Translations under genes and position numbers: made by a program | Source: Octopus bimaculoides | Taxonomy: Eukaryota | Assembly (NCBI RefSeq): GCF_001194135.2 | Contig: NC_068995.1 | Span: forward strand, 28,053,863 to 28,117,862 | Direction of reading: 5' to 3' | Length of the DNA stretch: 64,000 nt | The notes under the pieces: generated by a model | The model's input: the letters and a program-made list of their open reading frames with translations, nothing else | Told to the model about the DNA's origin: nothing | The model's database searches: none | In this document: one piece after another, positions 24,660 to 37,029 of the stretch | Numbering within the stretch: position 1 is the stretch's first letter | Layout: every line of letters starts with the position of its first letter

Positions 24660-26710
24660 ATTAAAGACAACTGTTATGACATGTCTCTTGACAAACGCTT
24701 GTTCAAACCTTCCTTTCAAATGCAAAATGCCACCCCAGTTCTCCTTGATCCCTCCCTCTACCCCCTTCACATCCTTAGAATTGGCACTGTCAATATAGGC
24801 ACAATGAAAGGTAGGTCTGGTGAGATGGTTGAAATGCTTGAGTGGAGGTGTGTCCATGTAAACTGTTTTCAAGAAGTGAGGTGGAGGGGTGCTTCAGCCA
24901 GGCTCCCCAGAGATGAAAAACATAACAGTAATGAGGTGGGTGGTGTGGGTACACTCCTAGCTGAGAAATGGGTGGATAACGTCATTGAGTTAGTCAGAGT
25001 GTGTGATAGAGTACTTGGGTTTAGACTAGTTTTACAAAATAGTATAGCAACAATTATCTCTGCCTATGCACCCCAACTGGGCCTGCCAAATGAATAAAAA
25101 GATCGTTTTTATAATATTCTTTTACAGACTACCTCAAAAACAAACAACTGTGACCTCTTCATGGCTGGTGATTTCAAGTGACATGCTGGGCAGCTACCAT
25201 GTATCTTCTGCAGAAGGCATGGTGGCCATGGAGTTGGTTCCTGTAGGTGGAAACAAGGTTTCTGGAGTTCTGTGATGTAAATAATCTTATGATCTGCAAC
25301 ACCAAATTTAGGAAGCCTGCCACTCGCCTGATAATCTATCAATCTGTTGGCAAAGCTAGCCAAATTGACTACATTCTCACCAGAAAGTGAACTATTTTGT
25401 TGTTCAAAAATGCAAAGACCTTCCCTGGTGAAGAATGTACCCCCTCAATATTGGTTAGTCATTAGTGACTTTAGACTACAGACTAGATGAATTTCAAGAA
25501 GCAGACTAGTCTGAAAAAGAAAGTTCTGGAAATTTAAGGATCCTTTGAATAATCAGAGATTTAGAGAGATTATAAATGAAGCAGGAGTTAGAGATATGTA
25601 ATGTAGAGGATAACTAGAAGTTCCTATGAGACAACTTACTGAGCCACAGACCAAATTTGTGGCTGGTGCAAAGTCCCAACCAGACTTAGGGTGACATGGT
25701 GGTGGAACAGTGTAGGTGGCAAGACCATTAGAGCAAAGAACTATATCAGTTAGTTAGAAGGGAAACTGGGAGGCAGGTTTACTTAACTTGGGGAGAAGCA
25801 AAAAGGAAGAAGCTTGCCAATGTTCTGAGGTGTGAGGACAAGCAGCTTGAGGTGTTTCAGTTTGCAAGAGAGTGTGTCAGGGAAAACTGATGTTGTAAGT
25901 GCGTTTGCATGGATGATGGTTTACTTGTAGTTAGTGACTCTGCAAAGAAAGAGGCTTGGAAGTGCCACTATGAAAGGCTGTTAAATGTAGACCTAACAGA
26001 GGAACCAGCTATCCAAATAGACAGTAACATAGTAGATGAATCTATGAAGGATATGAAAACAGAGAAAACCCCTGGCCCATCAAGAATCACCACATCTGGT
26101 GGAGTGGGATATGGTCTAGTTACTGTATAGTTAATCAGGCTTGAAAGGAATGAAGCTAGTATGCTCCATTGGATGTGCAATGTCAGTGTGCATGTATCAC
26201 TGACTGTGAGTGTCTTAAAAGAAAAATTGAGTATAAGAGGATCAAGTGTAGTGTGCAATAGAAAAGATTGTGCTGGTATGGCCATGTGATGTGTATGGAC
26301 AAGAACAGCTGAGTAAAGAAGTGTTGACCTCTAACTGTGGAGGAAACCTATGGAAGAAGTAAACCCAAGATGTAGGATGAGGTGGTGAAATATGATCTTT
26401 GGATGTTGTGTCTCATGGAGACAATGACAAGTGACTGACACTGCTGGCAATTTGCTGTGTCAAGTTTAGTGAAATCATAGTCATGGCCAGTGCTGATGAC
26501 ACATAAAATGCACCTGTGCCGGTGACACGTAAAATGCACCTGTGCCGGTAACATGTTAAAGGTACCTGTGTACACAGTGGAGTGGTTGGCATTAGGAAGG
26601 GCATCTGGCTGAAATCTGATGCAGCTTTCCAACTCACCAGTTCTAGTCAAACCATCTAACCCATGCCAACATGGAAAATGGATGCTAAATGATGATGATG
26701 ATGATGGTGA
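24660..26710 (+). mobile_element. Degenerate, internally deleted RTE LINE
   Basis: APE LRIGTVNIGTMKGRSGE...FQEVRWRG...ISAYAPQ; KEAWKCHYERLLNV; 3' end and (GAT)n tail at about 26700. Confidence 0.85.
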
Positions 26711-27158
26711 TATGAAATGTGAAACAATGAAGGAAGTCACTTATTAGAACATGAGGGTGAGAAAGAGAAAAACAGAGAGAAGAAAGGAGAGAAACTTGAG
26801 TTAACTTAACTGAAAACTGAGAGACCAGTATACCTGGTTTGGCTGCCATAAAAAAAAAAAAAAATGAAGCACAACATGTTTCATAATATCCTGATGCATA
26901 TGAATATGAGAACTGACAGAAGAGCCATTTATTTTACTACTATTAAGATAGATAGATCAATAAATACACAGACAGATACAAGCATGGCAACATAACTGAA
27001 ACTGGGAGGCACCCATTTTATAATACATATATTACAAGTGTAAGCTAGTAGACTAAAAGTAATATACACATACAAAGTGCTCCATAATTGCCCTGAATGT
27101 ATCTTTTCTGTCTCATGATATAAATTACAATGCATATTAAAGTCAACTCTGTTCATAC

Positions 27159-27230
27159 CCCAAACACCATCATTAATTTCTTTTCCAGAACAAAGAGCTG
27201 CATTGTTTTCCAAGAACATCTTTGGTGAAT
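27159..27230 (-). CDS. CEP97: CEP97-like exon (SPKMFLENNAALCSGKEINDGVW), phase 1->1
   Basis: Strong acceptor tttctttctttcttcatatttatcag|; donor GGG|gtatga is weaker; 72 nt symmetric exon. Confidence 0.62.
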
Positions 27231-29326
27231 CTGATAAATATGAAGAAAGAAAGAAATTATGGTAGTTTTAACAATGTTTTTTCTAAAATTTTTGTTCAAG
27301 AATAATTATGGACTGGTATGGCTATAACTGTGTTTTAATATTAATGAAATATAAAATTTCTATTCAAATCAGTTTTTTAGTATGAGAATTTCTAATAATA
27401 TAACATTTAATATGTAATTATTATCGACTATTAAAAAAAAACATAACATGAAAAGAAATCAAATTTAGAACTGTAAGCTATAAAACAGTTTAATACCAAT
27501 CCTAAGTTTGGTTGGCGTTAATACTGAAATCTGTTGTTGATGATGATGATGATAATGATGACAACAACATAATTAACTTAAATGATACTGTTTTCCTGAA
27601 ATCAATTCAAGCTGGTACTTGGTATTAGACAATTTTAAATACTTCTTGATTTTTGGAATAGAGTTCATCATCATCATCGTTTAACGTTCGCTTTCCATGC
27701 TAGCATGGGTTGGACGATTTGACTGAGGACTGGTGAAACCGGATGGCTACACCAGGCTCCAATCTGATTTGGCAGAGTTTCTACAGCTGGATGCCCTTCC
27801 TAACGCCAACCACTCTGAGAGTTGATAAAAAGAATGTATTTTCATTGTCATAGATATTTTTCACATTCACAGGCATAGCTGTGTGGTAAGTTTGCTTCCC
27901 AACCACATGATTTCAGGTAGCAAAGCCTTTTCAGTAGATTTGTTAGATGGAAACTTAAAGAAGCTCATTGTGTGTGTGTGAGACTCTCTCCTTAATTTGG
28001 CATTGTGAAATAGTTGTAAACAAGTGTCACTGTTATAAAGATAGTCTCTGTCTACTCAAGGGGAAAAATTACTTACTTGGAAACATACAAGGATTAGCAA
28101 CAGGAAGGGCATCTAGCCATAGAAAATCTACCTCAACAAATTCTTTCCAACCAATGCTATCATAGAAAAGTGGACATTGGAATGACAATGATTATGACTT
28201 CTTCTGCTGGCTTAGATTAAATGACAGTAATATGATAAGATCATTATTAACTCTTAAAGTCCAGTAATGCTATCTGTATATAAATTTCCTAATTTTGTTA
28301 GAAACTTGAAATTTTGATGAAATGCAACTGCATTTCATCAAAATTTCAAGTTCAGTATAAAAATCATAAAAATGTAACTACTCCATGAATTTGGAGGAAA
28401 TTTGCCAATATGGCATGATGATTGTTTATGTACGTTATGAATGTAGTTTTTATTCTTTTATTTTTACCTGTTGTCATATCATTTTACCTGCCAAGATATG
28501 CTGAATAGAGTTAAGTTGATTACATGAAATTGTTTTCACATATACTCAGAAGTTATTATTTCTTGGACAAAAAATTCCTGTATCAGAGCTAAATTTGTGA
28601 TCTGCTTATTCTGTGTGACTTGAAAACTGTATAACTTCCATGCAATAACTATGCTCTCCTCACAAACCAACCAGTATGCAGGGACTCTACATTTGAAATA
28701 TATTAGCAAATTAATGTTTTTATAAAATCCTTATCATTCTCTCACAAAAGCATTGGTACAATATGAACTTCATGAAAACTCTATTCCTGTTCAATGAAAT
28801 ATCACACTAATTATCTTATCCAAGCTCAAGCTCTCTTTCTCTAATAAAATCACTAATAAATAAATAAAAACAAATGTTTAATCAACAATATCACCAAAAT
28901 TCTAACTCATCACTTGAGGTATTAATCACTATTATGCAACAAAACTTGTAAATTAAGTCAATCCAATGAGTAATCCAAACTTAGCCAATATGATAAATTA
29001 CACTGATAATAGTTTCACCCAAATTTCATTAATCAACTTTTGGAAGCAATTTTATATTCATTTTCTCCAGATAATATGTTTTGAAGAGCCCTTATATGAT
29101 TTTCAAAAAATATCATTCATGATAGAATAATATTCAGCATAGGTTAGATGAATATATTATTGATATACTGTTTTACAGCCAGATGTGCCTTCCTATCACA
29201 AAACCTTATCTGTTTTCCGAGTTAAGAATCTCTCAATCCTCATATCTTCATATGTACTTCTATCCTAGGTGCAAAAAAACAATTCACACATGAATACAGA
29301 AATAACCCTTCTAATGAAAGAAATAC

Positions 29327-29399
29327 CTTTATTTTTTGCTTCAAAATACTTGAAACTGCCCATCATAAATGTGTGAAGTGTTTCATGAAGATGTTTTAC
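29327..29399 (-). CDS. CEP97: CEP97-like exon (VKHLHETLHTFMMGSFKYFEAKNK), phase 0->1
   Basis: Strong acceptor tttttttatcttttaatttttag|, donor AAAG|gtattt; 73 nt; continues the heptad pattern SYNSLQIQ|VKHLHETL. Confidence 0.72.
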
Positions 29400-29576
29400 C
29401 TAAAAATTAAAAGATAAAAAAAATGTTCATATTATCATTTCACTCCTTACAACACTACTATACACACATACTTATTTAACCACAAGCATAAAGAAGTATA
29501 TTTCAACCATGTGGTTCCAAGTTTAGTTCCACTGTGTGGTTCCATGAGCAAATTTCATTTATTCTAGTCCTGGGCT

Positions 29577-29689
<113 letters not shown>

Positions 29690-30439
29690 ATGCTTGTGTG
29701 TCTGTCTTGACATTGTGCAATAGTTGTAAATGCATATCACCATGCACATACCAGCAGTACCCCTTGGTTTGAAGTTTTAGTGAAAACATGTCTCAGCATG
29801 GGAAATACTACTTTGCTTGGAAACAGGTGAGGGTTGGAAGAGCAAAGGGCACCTGGCTATAGAAAATCTGCTGCAACAAATTCAGTCTGACCTATGCAAG
29901 TATGGAAAAGTGGAGGAATATTGTGTGTGCATATAATTTGATTTATAAATCTTTTTTTTTGCAAATTTACCTTGTTTTTATTTGTTATTTATCTGTAAGG
30001 TGTATGAAAAATTTAAATTAATTTGTATTGCGAATCATTATCATATTTATTTTTGTGTATTTATGTATGTATTTAGAAGATGGTATGGGTATTTCATTTT
30101 CTAGTTTCCTTCAAATATAAATTCCAATGTTTCATTGTTTTACCTTTACGGCACACTTGTCTTATGTGCATCAAGTTCAACTGATAGATAATCCAAAAAT
30201 TTGAACAAATTTTCTATATTGAAATTTTGCTGTATACCCAATTGACTATCAGCTAATAAATCATTTTCAATGAAGATATTGAAATAAAATTTAAATAACT
30301 TTATATTTTGTTGAATTTACCTGTGTTTACCTGAAATTAGATTCGCTTTGAGGCAAAAATTATGCAATAGATTTGGTTAAGAATCTTCTGTTAAATTGGG
30401 TTCCAAAATTTACATTTATATTTTGATAAATAGTTAGAA

Positions 30440-31810
30440 ATGTAGTTCTAAAAGGGTCATAGCAAGACAAGATTTCACCAGCTTTTGTTCCTTTTGGGCC
30501 TGATGGAAGTCATCTGGCAATACAAATACCACTCCTTCCATTTGAGATTTATTTTCACATAAATTCTAAAAAGTCCTGCCCAGAGTCTCCAGAGCTCTGC
30601 TGCCATTTGGCATCTCTTATGGATTTGTTAAATTCCCGAACTCTTGGCATTATTGCAAACAGGTGCATCATTTGAATCCAACTCCAAAAGGAACTTGAAA
30701 GCAGAATATGCTGTACAATCCCCAGGAAGAAGTGCGGTTGCAATGCCTGAAGAAAAACTTTATATTGATAGACTTTGTGAAACAATAAAACTGATAAAGA
30801 ATGTCTTCTCAGATACACCATGAATACTGAAGTAGCAAATTCCAACTTCTTGCTGTCAAACCCTGTTAAAAATAGCAGAAGAAACTGCCCTTTTGCATTT
30901 TGCATTTGATCTGTATATCCTGTTTTCATGCAAGGGTACATCTTCAGTAAGGTCCTCATGATACTTAAGCCAAAGCTGCATTTGCAATGTTTTAAGAATA
31001 TGATGACAAAAACATTAAGACACTTATATAAATATAGTGAAAAGAACATGAAGACATGAAGAATAAAACATCTTTGGAATTTGGCTATTTTTTGAAGAAA
31101 TTTACTTGAATCTCACACTTCATAGAAAAGTTGTAGAAAGAAGCATTCATGCTGACTTCTTGTCATCAAATCATCATGTAACATAATATACCCCATGACC
31201 AGACATGTTTTCATGGAAGATTGGAAATGAAGGACACTGCTTGCATGATGGTGACATTTGTTTATGACTATCACAAAAGGCAAGGAGACAGTAACACACT
31301 CTCACATACATACACATCAGTCTTCTTTCAGTTTTTGTCTACCAAATCCACTCACAAAGTTTTGTTCAGCTCTAGAAGACATTTGTTCAAGGTGCTGTAT
31401 AGTGGGACTGAGCCTGAGACCATGTGGTTAGGGAGCAAACTTCACCCTACACAGCCACACATATGCTTAGTACCTGGTGTACATAGTAAACTCTCTTTGT
31501 CATAATTAATGTCAAGTTAACTTTCAACAGATATCTTGCTTTCTGTATCTCTATTGCTTGATGTTCCTTGTATTGTAAAACCTGAGGGTACAGCAATGTT
31601 TTTGCAGTGTTGTGTCCCTTACACCTTGTGCTTGCTGTGCTGTGGTTGTTTAAGTGAAGTAAACCCACTGGCTAGTATGGTGCTGAATACTGGGATATCT
31701 TCATGAATGGGAAGGTCAATAAATTGCCAGAAAGCCTCACTACTGCTGATGCACTGTCCTTTCAGGAACTGATTAACTTCACTGCAGCTATTCCACTTTG
31801 TCTATCTATC
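30440..31810 (-). mobile_element. Helitron RepHel remnant (pre-helicase region and helicase N-terminal motifs), split by a SINE
   Basis: Hand translation of frames not in the ORF track: EVNQFLKGQCISSSEAFW..DLPIHE; AKTLLY; QLWLKYHEDLTEDV; SSGIATALLPG.CTAYSAFK..L; DDFHQ. These match Helitron EI.QY..GRYISS.EA.W, ASSGIAATLLPGGRTAHSAFK and GDFRQ. Confidence 0.8.
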
Positions 31811-31858
31811 ACATTGGTAAATAGAAACTGTATGGAAGCCTGTTGTATGTGTGTGTGC

Positions 31859-31904
<46 letters not shown>

Positions 31905-32673
31905 GTGTGTGTGTGGATCTTCACATTGATACCATTTGGGTGACAGTGATGTATTTATGTCTCCCAAAAATAATATGTCCTGCAGTTTAGCTTTTGTCAG
32001 TAAAGGTATATATCATACTTTCAAATCAGGTCAAAGTTGGCAACAAGAAGGGTACCTGACTATAAAATACTACCTCAACAAGTCCTATGCAATCTATGCC
32101 AGCATCGAAATAGCAGATGCAAAAATGATGATGATGATAATGATGAATATNNNNNNNNNNNNNNNNNNNNNNNNNNNNNNNNNNNNNNNNNNNNNNNNNN
32201 NNNNNNNNNNNNNNNNNNNNNNNNNNNNNNNNNNNNNNNNNNNNNNNNNNNNNNNNNNNNNNNNNNNNNNNNNNNNNNNNNNNNNNNNNNNNNNNNNNNN
32301 NNNNNNNNNNNNNNNNNNNNNNNNNNNNNNNNNNNNNNNNNNNNNNNNNNNNNNNNNNNNNNNNNNNNNNNNNNNNNNNNNNNNNNNNNNNNNNNNNNNN
32401 NNNNNNNNNNNNNNNNNNNNNNNNNNNNNNNNNNNNNNNNNNNNNNNNNNNNNNNNNNNNNNNNNNNNNNNNNNNNNNNNNNNNNNNNNNNNNNNNNNNN
32501 NNNNNNNNNNNNNNNNNNNNNNNNNNNNNNNNNNNNNNNNNNNNNNNNNNNNNNNNNNNNNNNNNNNNNNNNNNNNNNNNNNNNNNNNNNNNNNNNNNNN
32601 NNNNNNNNNNNNNNNNNNNNNNNNNNNNNNNNNNNNNCACACACACAGATGAAATGGACGTGTGTGTGTGTGT

Positions 32674-32711
<38 letters not shown>

Positions 32712-32869
32712 TAGAGAGAGGTTTGTTGTCATGTATACGTACATGCATAAATATGCATACATCTGTGTGTGTGTGTGTGTATGAGAGAGAGAGAGAGAGA
32801 GAGTAAATCCTATATACACACCGCTCTCTCACTCTGTCTCACACACACACACACACATACATCTAAAAA

Positions 32870-34520
32870 TGATGGATGCATATGACAACACACCCCTTGA
32901 CTCACTCACACTCTGTCGGCGATCTTTCGATACCAATCCTCCTTTTTGCTTCAGCGTTTGTTTACATCAATTTGGCAATTTCCGTAATGAAAGAGGGAAA
33001 GGAGGAAAGTGGGAAAGGACGTTAGTCAGCGACAGCTCTGATCTGTTAGGTAGCAGACAGCAGGGTTAGGGTTAAGGGAATGTGAGAGAGAAAGCTAGAG
33101 ATAAGTGACATGTGTTTTTAAGGGAGTGTGAAAGAGATAGAGAGAGAAAGCGAGAGAAAACTGGCATGTGTTACGTCAATACCGGAAGTTGGCATTGAGG
33201 AACCTTTTTAAAGAAATGAATCATAAATATAAAGCAATATTATTTTTTTTAATTTAAAAAATCAAATAAAGAGCCTAACATTTATCCGAGGTCAAATTAT
33301 TCATACATCACAAGTATGGAAGCAAATGGTGAAGCCGTTTTCACGTGATAAGCGATTACACACACATCTCTGTTTTATATATAGTATATATATATATATA
33401 TATATNNNNNNNNNNNNNNNNNNNNNNNNNNNNNNNNNNNNNNNNNNNNNNNNNNNNNNNNNNNNNNNNNNNNNNNNNNNNNNNNNNNNNNNNNNNNNNN
33501 NNNNNNNNNNNNNNNNNNNNNNNNNNNNNNNNNNNNNNNNNNNNNNNNNNNNNNNNNNNNNNNNNNNNNNNNNNNNNNNNNNNNNNNNNNNNNNNNNNNN
33601 NNNNNNNNNNNNNNNNNNNNNNNNNNNNNNNNNNNNNNNNNNNNNNNNNNNNNNNNNNNNNNNNNNNNNNNNNNNNNNNNNNNNNNNNNNNNNNNNNNNN
33701 NNNNNNNNNNNNNNNNNNNNNNNNNNNNNNNNNNNNNNNNNNNNNNNNNNNNNNNNNNNNNNNNNNNNNNNNNNNNNNNNNNNNNNNNNNNNNNNNNNNN
33801 NNNNNNNNNNNNNNNNNNNNNNNNNNNNNNNNNNNNNNNNNNNNNNNNNNNNNNNNNNNNNNNNNNNNNNNNNNNNNNNNNNNNNNNNNNNNNNNNNNNN
33901 NNNNNNNNNNNNNNNNNNNNNNNNNNNNNNNNNNNNNNNNNNNNNNNNNNNNNNNNNNNNNNNNNNNNNNNNNNNNNNNNNNNNNNNNNNNNNNNNNNNN
34001 NNNNNNNNNNNNNNNNNNNNNNNNNNNNNNNNNNNNNNNNNNNNNNNNNNNNNNNNNNNNNNNNNNNNNNNNNNNNNNNNNNNNNNNNNNNNNNNNNNNN
34101 NNNNNNNNNNNNNNNNNNNNNNNNNNNNNNNNNNNNNNNNNNNNNNNNNNNNNNNNNNNNNNNNNNNNNNNNNNNNNNNNNNNNNNNNNNNNNNNNNNNN
34201 NNNNNNNNNNNNNNNNNNNNNNNNNNNNNNNNNNNNNNNNNNNNNNNNNNNNNNNNNNNNNNNNNNNNNNNNNNNNNNNNNNNNNNNNNNNNNNNATCAG
34301 GCTGATGAGGAATAGATAAATGGTAAGAATTTGTTAAATCCGAAACCTGGTTCCTGTTTAATAATGATTTTTTTAGGTGATTTTAAATGTCTTGCCCGCT
34401 CACGTTTTTGGTATGCTGCTATATTTCATGTTGAGAACCTTTTAGGTCTTAATAGACACAAAATGTGATCTATTTCTAGCGCATTAATTGTCCATGTTAG
34501 TGGTCGACGTTATTTTTAAA
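32870..34520. promoter_or_regulatory. CpG-retaining, promoter-like island inside a CEP97 intron (interrupted by an N gap)
   Basis: Visibly many CpGs outside any recognisable repeat. TTACGTCA (CRE/ATF-like) at 33171-33178 next to CCGGAAGT (ETS) at 33182-33189; E-box TCACGTGA at 33341-33348; minus-strand donors gtgagt at 32909/32905; plus-strand ATG|gtaaga at 34320-34328. Confidence 0.6.
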
Positions 34521-37029
34521 ATATATATATATATATATATAGATGTAGGCATGGCCGTGTGGTTAGAAGCTTGCTTCCCAACCACATGGTTCTGGGTTCA
34601 GTCCAACTGCATGGCACCTTGGGCAAGTGTCTTCTACTATAGCCTTCGGCTGACCAAAGCCTTATGAGTGGATTTGGCTGACGGAAATTGAAAGAAGCCC
34701 ATCGTATATATATATTTATATTTGTGCTTGTGTTTGTCCACCCTATCATCGCTTAACAATTGATGCTGGTATGTTTACGCCCTCATAACTTAGCGGTTTG
34801 GCAAAAGAGACTGATAGAATAAGTACTAGGCTTACAAAGAATAAGTCCTGGGGTCAATTTGTTTAACTAAAACCCCTTAAGGTGGTGCTTCAGCATGGCC
34901 GCAGTCTATGAAACAAGTAAAAGAATAAAATATAACCACACAGAATAATAAGAATAAAATAATAAAATACAGCCACACAGCCATAGAAGTGGCAATGTGG
35001 CCAAGAGATTAATTTCCTAACCATGTGGTTTTTGGGTTCAGTTCCATAATATGGCATATTGACAAAGTGTCTTTTATGATAGCTTCAGGCTATTGTAAAA
35101 AAATGTCTTATGAGTGGATCTGGTTGACAGAACCTGAAAGAAGCCCACCAAATGTGTATGTATGCATGCATGTGTGTCAATATGTTTGTTTACATCTGCA
35201 CTTCAAGTTACAAGCAGTGATGTTAACATTTCCCAGTCAACAAATTGTCCATTGGCTTCACACCTTTGAAGATAATTAAAATGAAAGATCTCTTACTTCC
35301 ATTCAATCTTTTAAAAATCCTATTATATTTTTGGATTAAATAATATTAGGAATTGTATGTTAAAAATTGTTGAGATATTTGGTGCATTGAAGAAGTATAA
35401 GCAATATAGTGCACATAAATTTTAACAACGAAATCTTACATGGACCTCCAAGGGTCATGTAGACTCTTGTTGAGAACCAGTTGTCTAACTTAAGCTAGAG
35501 TAGAAAAATGAAATAAACACAAATTATATCCTCATCATCACTGTCATTGTTTTAACATTCACTTTTCCATGTGTTGAGTGGAATTTGGTGAGGCAGATTT
35601 TCTACAACTGGAAGCCCTTCTGGTTGTCAACCTTCACCTATTTCCAACTAAAGTAATATTTTCCCTTGACCAAACATGATTTCACAGAATACTGGAAATA
35701 GAGGAAACCGTTTGCATGACAGTGACACTTGTTTACAACTAACATGTGATATCAAGGTAAGGAGACAGTAACACACATACACACACAAATATATATATCA
35801 CACATACACGTCTACCAAATGCACTCACAAAACTTTGGTTGGTCTACAGCTATAGTGAAAAACACTTGCCCAAGGTGCCAGGGAAAATGTCTTCTACTTC
35901 AACCCTGGTCCTACCAAGGCCTTGTGAGTGGACTCAGCAAAACACAAAAGAAGGCCATTGTATATATGTCACAGAACCTCTCAAAACTAGACACCATTAT
36001 CTAAGTGTTATCCAAGCCTTATATGGATATCATTATGGTTTCCACAACTAGGCAGTAATATTCAATCCAGTAGTGTCAACAACATTAATAACAAAAGTGC
36101 TGCTTGGGAGTCAATAGAAATCAATAGGAGTGAAACATTAGCATAGTATATCCATTACACCAACATCAAATTAAACAAATTAATATTAACTTATAGTTAC
36201 AAAACAGTATCTATAAAACAAAGAACTCTCAAACAAAGGACATTGTGATCCTAAAATTATAGTACAAAATAGAGCTAGTGAACTAAACTTATTGAGGACA
36301 AAATCATTCAAAACCTGATACCAAATATAGTAACACCAACACAAGGAACAGCAAACTTAGAACTTAAAACATATAGACTATTTGAAGAACATAGACTACT
36401 AGATATGTTGCTTCTCAATCTATATCATATTACAAACATGAAATTACACCAAAAACAAGCCTAATATAAACTAGTGGAACAGTTTATATACCTCTAAACC
36501 AACATCCTTGAAAAATGTACAAGGAAAAAGACAAGCATAAATCAATAAATAAAATATGTTCAGTTATATAAAATAAATTAACCAAATAAACTGTAAATCA
36601 GAAGTAAAACAAAATAAAATTATATTAGAATTAAATTAAATTAAAAATTATATATAAAATAAAATAGACATGGCAAAAACCACCTAACTAAAACAAATTA
36701 TAACATAAATAAATGTCTTAATTACAAAGAGACTCAATCAATTAAATGGCAACATGCCTGTTATCTGAGAACAACTCAAACTAAACTTAAATTTATAGAA
36801 TAAACAAATATATTTGGAATTTAAACTAGCACATACTCCTAAAATCTATAAACATTTATGAGGTGTGTGGCTTAGTGACCGGGGTATTCAGCTCACAACC
36901 ATAAAGCTGAGTTTGATTCTCAGCTGTGCATTGTCCTTGAGCAAGATACTTTATTTCTCATTGCTTCAATTTACTCAGCTGGCAAAAATGAGTTGTACAA
37001 GCAATTCTTCTTTAACCAACCTTTTATCA

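Noticed and set aside
30555-31049. 164-aa ORF as a host gene exon
   Set aside because: A neighbouring frame carries Helitron helicase motifs; the ORF is a shadow frame.
33060-33078. AGGGTTAGGGTTAAGGG telomere-like stretch
   Set aside because: Only two to three units; too short to call an interstitial telomere, though it could be a promoter motif.
31936-34319. Long ORFs (200-390 aa) in the track here and at 52201-53485 and 61655-61985
   Set aside because: They run through N gaps and are artefacts.
36050-36850. A-rich stretch with a faint APE-like motif (VTPTQGTANLEL)
   Set aside because: Too degenerate to assign.
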